A stretch of DNA of 63,371 nucleotides, filler included, from Octopus bimaculoides (taxonomy: Eukaryota): NCBI RefSeq assembly GCF_001194135.2. It is 9 parts of 8 records of this genome, joined end to end, with 100 filler letters (N's around TTAATTAATTAA, not from the genome) between each part and the next. Parts side by side here need not be neighbours in the genome. Positions count along the whole stretch, not along the records: positions 60,409 to 63,371 come from NC_069007.1; 8 more parts are not named here. One strand, written 5' to 3'. Under the pieces are notes generated by a model. That model searched no databases, was not told where the DNA came from, and worked only from the letters and a program-made list of their open reading frames with translations. The position numbers were made by a program, and so were the translations under genes. Below are positions 63,232-63,371 of this stretch, piece by piece; within the stretch, counting starts at the first letter, position 1; the number at the start of each line of letters is the position of its first letter.

Positions 63232-63371
63232 TTGTGTAAAATAAAAAAACAGAAAAATAATTTTAAGAGAAAGGAAAGAAAAAAAAAGCAATTACATAAA
63301 CTGCTTTCAAGCATAAAAAAAGAAAATAAAGTAAATTCAATAAAGCAGAAAACAGATAAAAACTGAAATAA

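Overview
AT-rich, microsatellite-dense animal genomic scaffold with many N-gaps. The SINE and LINE families and the gene content suggest a cephalopod, most likely Octopus (inference). Only one intact host gene is well supported: an intronless 471-aa SLC17 (sialin-like) MFS anion transporter on the minus strand (48084-49499) that has lost both conserved TM4 acidic residues. The rest is mostly transposon debris: a decayed Gypsy LTR element (5' LTR, tRNA-Trp PBS, gag, protease, RT, RNase H) with a second LTR element inserted in its integrase; Tx1-like, R4/Dong-like, CR1-like and RTE-like LINE fragments; a Penelope GIY-YIG fragment; two Helitron helicase remnants; Tc1, mariner and maT fragments; MITEs; and at least three tRNA-derived SINE families. 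The best second-look items are minimal hammerhead-ribozyme motifs in Penelope-type repeats (5261-5295 intact, 1422-1457 decayed, 14413-14548 inside a long hairpin), the altered SLC17, the nested Gypsy insertion, an apparent R4-Tx1 chimera, and Tx1 3' ends followed by different microsatellites. Most ORF-track entries are microsatellite or N-gap artefacts. TE boundaries are approximate unless a TSD or TIR is quoted.
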